From contig CM082578.2 of the NCBI GenBank assembly GCA_040954595.2, forward strand, positions 8,045,519 through 8,109,518: 64,000 nucleotides of DNA. Reading direction: 5' to 3'. The stretch's first letter is position 1. Every line of letters starts with the position of its first letter. Shown here piece after piece: positions 1 through 17,651 of this stretch. Made by a program: the position numbers and the translations under genes. Origin of the DNA: Balanoglossus misakiensis. Taxonomy: Eukaryota; Animalia; Hemichordata. Under the pieces are notes generated by a model. The model ran no database searches, had not been told where the DNA came from, and saw only the letters and a program-made list of their open reading frames with translations.

Positions 1-2766
1 AATATGGCTCCCACAATCAGCTACGCAGACATACGTACGTCAAACCGCAGGGGGAAAAAACTCTGATCTCTTTGCCGAAAACCCCAAGAAGCCGCGGAGG
101 GTCCGTTACACAAGCCTATACACATTCAAAAACTGGTCGGGATTGATTTACGTACAGCTACCTGTTAGCCCCCAAAAAGGCCTTTTATAGACATTTACAT
201 CTCATTTGAATATGAAAGGGTAAGTGAACTGTACAGTCCAGTACATTTATATTCTTTCTGCATTCTCATTACCGGCGAGGAGTACATTGTGATGCAAATC
301 TCCTCTCGAATTCCTGCCGTTCTCCCTAAGAACCCGACAATACAGTATTGTATTGTTCCGGCCTCTTCACACGCAGCGCACAAAACAGAGCTGAAAAAAC
401 AGAACAGCTAGGCTGGGTCATGACGCAGACTGGTACATATTTAGACACACCCGACCATATTATACGCAACAGCATATACTCCCTCCTTTTTTAGTCAGCC
501 AATCTTTAGATATAAGTATTAAACTTCGCGCCTATTCTCTGTTACGATCTTCAGCTTTAAACCCTCCACATGACTAGTCGCTTTATCATTCTACTATTTG
601 GATTTTGAATATTGAAAATCAAATGATTGATGCCCACATATTCAACTATCAACAGATTTCAGCTAATAATGTACTTTTCACCAGAAAGTAGCTGCTGTGG
701 TCATTGGCCTGCTCTAAACACCACCTCTGAGCGGTATTCTAGCTATGCAAGCAAAACAAATAATCAATTTAATGTGAGGTATCCATGAAAACATAAATTG
801 CTGCAAATAACAAAAAAAAATTCATGCATTTCCTCAGGGCAGATATCGTAATGGGAGTCTAGGAATGTGTTTTTTGACTCAACAGGTGTTTTGAAAAAGG
901 GTTGTCTGAACCAGCTGATCCTTGATTGAGTCTGATTTTTGCTCTGTCACATTGGAGAACTACCAGTTTGGAGAACTACTATTTTTCTGAAAATCTGTTG
1001 AAGGTGCATGTGTATTGAAAGTTTCAAATTGTTATTTTAGACTGTTTAAACCATCCTTCATACTAGAACAAACTTCCTTGTATTTCGGTAAAAACAATAC
1101 CAATTTAGTTGTTCTATGGTGCTACATCAGCATACTTGTTACTCAACTCTTTGCGTTATTCCACTTCACTGTTTATCACACAAAAAACCCTCACAGACTG
1201 CATTCCCTCTGTCTGCAAGATCATTGGTACCACAGCCTGGTTATGTCACACACAGTGCACCACCAATCTCTCATCCAATTGTGTTTTCTTCACTAACAAC
1301 CGAAAATCTAAATTTACAAAAAATAAAAACATTAGATATTGCAGTAGATGGGTGATAAGATTTTAAGCAGAAATGCATGTTTAGGGAGTGTTTAATTAAT
1401 GACAATCAAGTTTAATAATCTGTCACCTGCCTATTTTGTAGTGGCGGGGCTACAACTCAACATCAGACAAAATGTCAGTGTTTGTAGTGACACAGTGGTA
1501 CTACCAGATTTGGACAACAACTAAGAAATGAATCACAACCGAGACACAAAACACACCTGTGAATGTACCAGACGTAATAAAAGGAAGACATAAACATTTC
1601 AGCCATTGATCAGAGGCACGGCCCTCAGCATCCACTGGTGACCTCTAAAAATCATATTATTCAAGGTCCTTTATGAGTACCATCCTCACACCACATGACT
1701 TGTGACCTGCACAGCTAAGGCTGAAAATGATATCCCACTTCCATATATGGGGAAATATGACTATATTTGGCATTCGTTTTGCCTATTATGCTGAATCACT
1801 GATATTATTGAGAAGCAATGAATATACAGCTTACATACAAAGTGTATGTACATGTCCGGAAATCTCAATGTCCACTCTGTGTTGGTACATCCAAAGGGAC
1901 TCTCTACCCTCTGAGTCAGTTTGAAATGCTGGGTATTAAGCCACAATAAACCTTCACAACCCAACAATGTCGACTTCAGTCAAGGGTGAGGAATACAAAG
2001 CAGGGCCTTTCAATTCAAGAATTCACTGTCGATTGTGTGAACTTGTGGATGACAAGGTTCTTTTTTAACTATGGTATGTTTTGAGAACAATGTTTTTCCT
2101 CCCATGGATGGCACTGTTTGGTATAACTGCTGGAAATTATTTAGAGGTTATAAACGGCTAGCGAGGGTATTTGGTTGCAGATATAAGATCTCTCAGGTGA
2201 AACTATTTTGTGGGAAATAATCACTGAGGGAAACAATTATATGTACTAATATATGTACCAATCAGATATATTCAAAATAGATCTGTTTGGTACATACATG
2301 TATATTAGTTTATCAAATCTTCAGTTTTGAAAATAGCACATCAAAAATAACATGTCCAGACTATTGGTACCGTAGTTAAAATTAATGGTATACAGATGCA
2401 AATTTCCATGCAGTGACAAGCTTCTAAGAATCATTCTGCTCATTATTCTTTCGGCCTCTAATTTTTGCCCCTAGGGCCTAGCACCATTCAGGTCTACTTC
2501 ATCTGTTGAAAAATCAATCGTTCCCAGTACGAATGCCGACCTTCATTTCACATCTACAACCAAGGTAATCAATATTTATCAGCACAGCTTAAAAGAAACT
2601 TGTTCAAATTTGTAAGTGAAAATGTAGATTTTTTTTACAGTGCTTGTTTTGTTTTTCTGATTGAATTACAAAAAAATTGTGATGTGCTACACAATTCATA
2701 ATTCCTTACCGATTTGTACACATACCAGGGCATTGAAAATTCATCCAATCAGAACCATCACACTCA

Positions 2767-6425
<3,659 letters not shown>

Positions 6426-9400
6426 GATCCCTCGTGTATGACAGGGTTGAAGGCAATGTATTACAGAAAAGTCGGCAATCGCGACCTGATCGCAGGACAG
6501 GAGTCAGGACACACAGCTGATAGTGTGTGACCTGAAAGCATTGTGGGAACGGTGTCAAAGGTTACATCGGCTTCGTTTTTTGTCTTTTAGTATACCGATA
6601 CCTCCATGCTTCTACGAAAACTGACTCCCTGTTATTGACCGCGGTACAACTATACATATTTGTAATAGGCGTTGAATAGAGAAAGGGACTTTTTTTCAAA
6701 AATTAATTTTAAATCTCTGACCCCAGTTGACCCTAGTGACCCGAGGTTTGATGTTTTACATAGCGCCCCTGCAGGTCGTGTCGCAAATCACTTTGTTTTC
6801 GCCATATACAATGTACATATGTGTACTATCAATTTCATTCTTCTTCAGTTGAGTGAAGTCCTTATATTTTTTCTTTCCAGAAAGTAAGTGGTAAAATAAT
6901 GTTTATCTTATTGGCACACATTAACTTACATCTTCATTTTTTTGGTAAGCTGGGTAAATGAATGCAGAGAAAAAGCCATAAGGAAAAACTGACTCTTCTT
7001 TATCTGGAATCTTCGGGCAAATGCAGACATTTACAATGGCTTACTATATTCTAAAGCTTCCATCAAACTACACTCACACTGGTGAACATACACACGCATG
7101 TACATTGCAAACACAACCAAGACAAAAGATTTAGACCAATTTTAACCGTTTTATTTTCAGAACCTCTACATTATGTAAAAATGAAAGTTTATGCATGACA
7201 GAAATGAAGTTCATTGGTTTGGTATCAAGCATAGGAGCAACACTCTACATGGTCTATGATTCAAAATAGGAACCATAGTGCATCTGTAAAGTTTTACTCC
7301 AATATGCCAGGTATCCATCTCATTTACAATGACACAATTTGTAGAATGTATTGTTATAAGTTTAGGGTAATTTCAGCTATATATACAATAATTGATACAT
7401 GCAAGCTAGGCTAAGCACTGTATTTTCTAATCTAGCAGGCCACATTAACTCTTTACTTACATAAACTAATAAATATATAAAGCACTCATAGTCACATGCA
7501 AAATTTTCCCTCTTGCAAAGAGTCATAATACTAATTCATTGGAATTTAATCATCACTGAAATACAGACAAGTCTTAAAAAGTAACAGAACACATTTTTAG
7601 CATGAAAGCCCTATTTTACACAGCAACTACAACTATATCTCAGGAATGTTTCTAAATGAGTTATTTGGCATGATGTATTTGTGCATAAGTGCTGACTACA
7701 GTTTAGTAAAGTCTTCAGCCATCGAGTCTAAATCTTACACCTGTACAAAAAAGCGTAGCATGGTTTTCCAACACCACACACTCCTACATTTCTTTTGCAT
7801 ACATCTAAAATATACTGATTCATGTTTTTGTGTATGCTGCACAATGGTTCAAAAACAATACCGGGTCCACATTTTCAAAACAAGTAATTCATCGGAAACC
7901 TGAACAAGATAGATGGTGTACGTTAAAGCGTCAATTTCTGACAATGTTTGGCCACTCAATAGGCTGAGTGACCAGCCCCAGTAAAATTAGCCATTACAAG
8001 CCATATTGGTTTGTACAAGTTCTTTCAATTAATGCTGACATGTTGAAATATATATAAACGACTACAATTATATTGGAATCCTATGGCTATTATCTTTTCA
8101 CATCCAAAAGTTACATTCAAATATTGCTCTTCCATAAAAAAATGACCAATTTTATTTTAATTAATGAAATTAAGATGACTGTTTATTAATTAAGTAGCTT
8201 TGCTTTGTTCCAAACGAAGATCTCTTCAACAATATAAACTGTTTTACAAAGAACATCTCCCGCTATTATTGGCCGAACTATATCGAACTGTATTGTAAAC
8301 TATAATTCATTTTATGTGTGAAGATCATTAGTAATTTCTAGTCCAATACGAAGTAACATGTAATTGTACAAAAAGACACCATTTCTCAAACCTTACTTGA
8401 GCCATGAACATCTTAACTAAATATTATTGCAAGAAACTTTCCTTTTCAATTCAATGTAGTTCATTCGTAATACTTCATTAAAACTGTTTTCCGGGATAGT
8501 CTAACAATAGATCCCCAAGAAAATGTTTTACTTGAGGATCTGTGATCTCTGTTGTTCAATATCAAATGTTGAATTTGACAATCGATTGCTTCAAAGTTCT
8601 CAAATGTACGACACATTTTTGTAAAAACCATGAAAGGGACAAATGAAGATGAGAGAGGACTGGCAGTTATAGAATCATGCATTTCACATTGAACGTGGCA
8701 ACCTTGGAAGAAGAAACGGTTATGTTCTCTCGAAATATATATCTCACCTGTAAAAGGTTGAGTAGCAGCCTCTGTGTAACAGCTGGACAATTTGCAAATA
8801 GACCTCATCACATTAGTCTTTGCGTGTGTATCAAAACTGCAGACTCAATGAGTTATGATATGTGAGAACTGGAGTGCCCTTAATTGTTCACATGCTCAAA
8901 AAAAGGGTTGTCGGGTGGATAATTTTAACGTAGTTAATGAGTCTGACTGATACCATGGTCAGACTCCTTTGCTAGGTTTAAAATATCCACATACCGGTAC
9001 TGTAGTCTCTGTACGGAGAATTGTGCACAGACATGACTGACTACACATCACTCGCACAATCAACGATATCACCAAGAGCGATAAATAAACCATTCCATCT
9101 TTACGTGAAATGTTCATATTTCAGAAGCAGAATGAACTTCAAAATAGCAGCTTAGAAATGAGATCAAAGCTGACTTGCCTTACATGTACCTCCAGATAAA
9201 GATTTGAAACCATATCGGACATTTTTTGTGCAACATAAAATCTGATACAGCTATTAAATATGGCTGTAACATTTGATAACTTATATTTAATTATAAGAAA
9301 CATTCAAAAGGAATAAATTAGGCTACGGAATGGAAAATTAAACCTTGAAACTTAAATAGTATTAGCAGTCGCCAAACACTTTAGTGACTTTTTTCTTTAA

Positions 9401-10068
9401 TTTTGATACAAAAATAATCATATTCAAACACAAGCTAAACTTCATATTTACTGTATCAAAAAGGAAGTGATAGGAATTTATCTAGATTTGGGCTAATATT
9501 GAATAAATGTGTTATATACTTGTGTGAGAATATTGATATCTCCACAGAACAGATGTCTATTTATGCTTTATCGGTTGAGAATGGTAGAGGTTGTTGTGGG
9601 AATCCCAACATGTGTGCTGACTTAATTATTAATCATTTTCTGTGTTGATTAATACAAATAGATAAAATTAATTCAGATAACAATAACTCATACTAGCAAA
9701 ATTAAGGACCTTTGACAAATATTTCAGAAATTTCATCCAGCTCAGATCTTACACTTTGCAGTTACCTTAGAAAAGAGTAAACTTTCCTGGAAAACAAACA
9801 ACAACTCTGAAAAGTACCGGTAGTTCTGTCTATCCATACAACTGTTGAATAGTAATTCTCAGTAAAAAACACGTCTCAATACAAAATGTAAGATCTCCGC
9901 TGTTGTTTTCGTTCACACTGTCCAACCATCCTTACCCATCCCCTTGACGGATACGATGCACTGTAGATAACCATCTAACGGTCCCTTATATTGGGAGGGG
10001 AGGGGGTGGGGGTAATAATCCCCAATGGCTACCTATGTGGGATGAAGACTGCCGTCAATACCAGTTGT

Positions 10069-12766
10069 CTAGATCTGATTATCTGGGGCTATCCCTGCAT
10101 CAGGATCACTACTGGCAGCGCTTGGCACTTGCTGTTGCGGTTGCTTAGACGTCATGTACTTGTCGAACCAACCCGTCTCCTTGTAGACGAACCATATGTT
10201 GCCTCCCCACACGAACATATTCAGGAAACCAAAAACCTGATGGGGAAAAACACAGACCATACGATACGTTACTTCTCCACATGCAATCTTAGCCACCAAA
10301 AGTCTACAGCACAATTCCTGTGGGATTTTGCATGATTCAATGATGAAGGGAAGCTCTAGCAGTTTGTGATTAATTTTGGTAGCGTATGAGATCATCTGGG
10401 TAACACAGTTTCTACCAAACCCAAGTTTTACTTCAAAATTACAAGCGTTATCTGGTTATTATTCTGTAACTCCACATCAAAGAATAAAATCCAATTACTG
10501 TTTCCTAATAACAATGCCATACCAGTACATCCTTTGCAGACTACTTACTATAGAAACATTCAGTGTAGCATAGCTGGCCGACTGCTGGAGAGTACATCCA
10601 TAAATCTCACATTCTTTCAGATCGTCCTCGACGTTATCAAAGTCAGTGGCATACTTGACATCTGTGACACCTTTAGCCCATGCAGACGAAGCTGTCAACC
10701 ACAGCAGCACAAAGGTGCATGTGACCAGAAAGTCCTGTCGAGCAAAACGATTAGAGATTTACGGTCACCTATGCAAATGAAGTCACAGTTACCATGGAAA
10801 ATGGTGATCTAGCCAATCACGGTTATTCATGAGGTGGCCTTGTGAACAAAATTGGCAACCACATTGTCACTCATAGATTTAGACACACCCTTAAAAATTA
10901 AAGAGTAACGTTAACACTATACATGTAGTTCAGTCCACAATGCATTCTGCTCACAAAAAACTTCCAGAGTCAAAGGTTTCTTGAATTAAGTGCCCTGGGA
11001 GTGAAATTCCAACTTTTAACCCTTTCGCCCCCAGTTCCCTCTTCAGAAATCCAACCCCACCATAGAAAACAATGGGTTTGGACTGAACCACAGTGATGAA
11101 AGGGGTAAATTAAACGTGGTGGCGCACACTGATACTCACAACAATAGGGACCAGATCTTTGTCCCGGTGATTCTTCTCAAAGAAGACATACCACACCAGA
11201 GCTGCCAGACAGTAGAGGAAGGCAAGGACCCCGACAGCCACAAAATATTCGGCCGAACTGGAGGGGTCCACCTTCAAGGATACCTTGCCGGGTGCTACAG
11301 GAGTTGGTGCTGGGGATGTGGAGGTGACAGCACCAGTACATAGTGGAACATCAATATATACTGAGCCCATGCTGCAAATTGGAGTAAAAAAAATTTTTTG
11401 AATGTGAATGACATAGTTTTCTGCTGCTAATTTGGTGCTCTCACGGCACCAGGCAGTACATAGCGGAACATGGTCGACATATACTGAGCTCATACTGCAA
11501 ATTGGAGTGAAGAAAAAAAATATTCTAATGTGAATGACATAGTTTTCTGCTGCTCATACGGAATCAAGTTAGAGTTACTTTTCTTCAAACTTTCAACTTT
11601 TAAAAGGCGAGGCACAGCTAATGCAAGCCGAGTGTTCATATTTGAAACCTGGGATGATACACACAAAATGCAAAATACTCACTCGAATGGGTAGCAATAG
11701 TCTACTTTTGTCGGGGGATAGTCCTCTGGGTTGCATCCTACTGTGAAGGTAAAATAACCACAGTGTCCTGCTGTTGTTGCAAATGCAAAAATTGCCAGTA
11801 CCTGTTTGCAGAGAGAAGAATATAAATGTCCACTGGTACATTAGGCAATAGTGGTGTTTGATTTGGGTATTGTCACTTGTGAACCATATCACATCTGCTG
11901 CCTTCCATAGTTATAGTTGACTGTTACGTCAGTATCAGACCCATGTGTTTCTGGTTGATCACCTTGAAAGTGTAGTCATCCTGTAAGCAGCCTGAAAATA
12001 TCGGCTGTGACCTTGGAATTTGCTACAAGCATGGTGCCAGTAATCACTGCCAACAGTTATTTTAATTAATCCAGCAGCAGGTTAACAATGGGGTGTCAAT
12101 TAATAAAAAAGGTGACTGTGACTGGCAGATTATTCAACTGAAAGTGTTGGAGATCAACCAATCATCATACTAACATTTAAGGAAATGTCAGGCTGCTTAT
12201 TTAAGACAAATATATTTTGTATCTTTTCCAAGATATCCAGTAAATTTGTCGAAAATTGGGTGAACTTTTTAACACCATTGTCAGAAGTTATTTGGACTTG
12301 GGTGAGGCCCTGATAGTGATATCGCCTATAACCAGATGTAACCATCACACTGCAGTGCAGGGACAATGGGGGGTACGCTACCAGTGTCGTGATGCGGCAA
12401 GATGTAGTTGCACGGACAAAGATGTACTGAGAACTACAAGAGAGGCAAAAGGATAGAAACAACTTGACACTATCGAGGACATCGACTACTGAAGTTCAGT
12501 GTACGACCCTTCCTCCCTACGGTCAGGTGATAATGATGTCATTAGTTAGCACTTTAGCGGGTACTCACAAATTCAATAAATTTAATAAATCCTCTTGGTT
12601 CTTTCAATACTCGCAAGGAGTAATTCTTTGTGATCTGTAAGGAGAAAAGTATAAGGTTTGTCAATTGATAAAATGAAATGAAATTTGGCATCGCGTCATG
12701 GATTTTGTAATTACAACACAACAAGATTCGTTTATTACTACATACCATTTGCTGGGCGGCCTCCAT
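10069..12766 (-). CDS. SYP: Synaptophysin/synaptoporin family (MARVEL domain) vesicle membrane protein, 6 coding exons, about 263 aa
   Basis: Exons: 12766-12746 (MEAAQQM), 12634-12569 (..LRVLKEPRGFIKFIEF), 11801-11683 (VLAIFAFATTAG..YPF), 11371-11140 (..SSSAEYFVAVGVLAFLYCLAAL..), 10734-10549 (DFLVT..WLTASSAWAKGVTDVK..LNVSI), 10236-10069 (VFGFLNMFVWGGNIWFVYKET..stop). These motifs are typical of physins. Which vertebrate paralogue is closest (SYP, SYNPR, SYPL1, SYPL2) cannot be resolved, and it is probably co-orthologous to all. Confidence 0.92.
11016..11109 (-). mobile_element. piggyBac-like MITE, copy 2 (inverted), in synaptophysin intron 4
   Basis: TTAACCCTTTCG...TGAAAGGGGTAA ends. The internal ATAGAAAACAATGGGTTTGGACTGAACCA is the reverse complement of the body of copies 1 and 3. 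Confidence 0.65.
11335..11556 (-). repeat. About 120-bp tandem duplication spanning the intron 3/exon 4 acceptor of the synaptophysin gene
   Basis: 11335-11428 and 11455-11554 are near-identical (CAGTACATAG.GGAACAT...ATACTGAGC.CAT.CTGCAAATTGGAGT...AATGTGAATGACATAGTTTTCTGCTGCT). Confidence 0.9.
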
Positions 12767-13220
12767 CTTGCACTGTGAATGGGAATCTCGCAGGGGAAGT
12801 CGCGGTAAATCTCGTGATTGGGTGCAGCTCCCAGTCGTCCACCTACTACATGACACTATATCTAATTGGTTGCTTTTTGTATAAATTGAATATTTTCACC
12901 AATGACAATGCGTTTCGTATATTCAAACATGTTTTATTCATGAGTACGTGTCAATGTGGGTCAAGTGTCAGTCAAGAGAAAAATACATTTACAGGCAGTA
13001 GCTTTGAGTTTAAAATAAATTGAAATTATAGAAATTCTCTTATTTAGGAATTGTGAAAAATCCAATATTAAATTTTCACGAGAAAAACGAAAATAATGAA
13101 ATAAATATAACTTCCTGAATATCCCACAATTCCACAGTAAGTCCGCCATTTTCGGCAAAGCAGCAGAAACCTCTCGTCTGTGATCAGCGTTTGAGAACTT
13201 CAGGACTTCCCTTCTAGGTA
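12767..13220. promoter_or_regulatory. Divergent (probably bidirectional) promoter region of the synaptophysin gene and PSMA5, including a putative non-coding PSMA5 exon 1 (about 13140-13217)
   Basis: The two genes are head-to-head. A YY1-type CCGCCATTTT lies at about 13143 and a donor TAG|GTAGTA at 13217/13218. An acceptor precedes the PSMA5 ATG exon at 13808. Confidence 0.55.
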
Positions 13221-13831
13221 GTATACAAAATACCAAACGTTGCTTTTTAAATGCGTACACGATCTTTATTTGTTTGTCAATATACTCATGCGTTTAAAAC
13301 TGAATCTTCTATCTTCATTCCACATGCGTGTACGTTTACACGTGTTTATGTCAGTGGACTTTCCAAACTTGCCTTGTCATTATAAACATGGTGCCTTGGA
13401 AGTTGGAGGTGTTCACAGTGTCAGTCTATGCGAACTGCTTAGTATGTAACGATCAGTGCCGTTGTACAATGCCTACAGTGGGACAGATCGTCACATCTAT
13501 AAACCAGTTCAGCGTAGAGAAATGCAACAAACCATTCATTCCAAAAACAAGACAACTATGGCAAAAGCTCTGAAACTATAACTGGTTTGTTTATGAAATT
13601 GACAATGATATGATTCACAATAACAATACAGGAATGGTGGAAGTAGCAAAACGAGAACAGGAAAACACACTGATAGTGAAGATGGAGCCTAGCTCTACAG
13701 CTGATTTTCAATCAGATTGGCATTTACTGTTGTACTGTAGTTGGAATGGGGAGATTCGCCTATTCCAAATGCCTTTCTCACGCGTTATACTTTATTTTCT
13801 TTCTGCAGCAAATACACCGAATTGTGCAACA

Positions 13832-16406
<2,575 letters not shown>

Positions 16407-17651
16407 AAATAGCAAGATATGTTTGACCTAAGATCTCGGCACGTTGGTATTTCACAATGACAGTGTCACTTGTGTATTCATTAGGATCAAATCTAGACAT
16501 ATGGACCCAGCTAAACAGAGTGGCATTATGGCCCAGTCAAGTGAATATTAATAGATGTGAGATTTGACAGTTATGGCTGTATGTCAGCTCTGACCATGCT
16601 ATGACATGTAATATCATGATGTTTTGATATTTTGTGTTGCTAAATGCAAATATTAAATTGACAGCCAAGTCTCATTCTATCATCTTTGAAATGCCAGTGC
16701 AGCTGACAGCGTCTGGTAAATTTATTTTCTAGTCATGTTTCCTTCATGTGTATAGCTCGAAAAACCCTCAGCAGTGAAATTGGCATGTTCCACTGTTAAT
16801 GTGACCACCATCTCTATCAGACAAAACATTGTGGCTCTCCAGTCCAGTTTGAGACTGTTTGTTATCTTTACAGTGACCAATTGAATCGTACATTACTTAC
16901 TGGATTGTTGGTTGTCAAGGCAGTGCCTACCGGGTATAGGTTGGGATTTTTCTAAAACTGTTGTCTCCACCACCCCTCCTAAAGAGTGGTGGAATAATTT
17001 AAGGCTTGGCTAGCAGGGGTCTGAAAATTTAATTTTGGGGGGCAATAGACAGGAACAAGAACACTAAGGAAGTTCATTTTTGTTTTGTGTATATCTATGT
17101 CTATGTACATGTTTTGTTTGACTGACTTCAGTAAACGTCAAACTTTTGAAATACTAGTATATGACTGATGAGAGCTTATGTAATTATGTCTGCCATACTT
17201 TGTGTGTTTGTGTGCATGTATGTTTTCGTGAACTTTGGTTTCTATGGGGAAGTTTTATGATGGGTAAAATTTATGCCAGAAAAGGGAATGTTCTCTTTTT
17301 GACAATGTGTTTGCTAGTTCGGTTATGCACCATGATCTTTATCACGATCAAATATGCCTGTTAACCAGGTTAGAACGTCTCTGAGTCGACAACTTATGGT
17401 ACCCAACAAAGGTGATTCAAAGTTCTCGGCATTTTGAAAATATAAAGTTTAGTACTTTTAGTAGAACTATTTTTTAAGCACGAAAACGCTGATAAAACCA
17501 CTCCAAAAAGTGAGTGGCGGCTGGATAGGTAAGCGCCCTCATTGGTGGCGGGTGGCCAGTGGGGGCTCACTTGCCCATGTAACTTGCTCGGTCAGCTGGC
17601 AGGCAGGTCATCGCTGGTCGAGCTAGTCGAGTACAGTCATCATATGCAGAG

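Noticed and set aside
1-545. CpG-richer segment at the window start that might be a transposon end or promoter
   Set aside because: It is truncated by the window edge, and no TIR pair, TSD or ORF supports a call.
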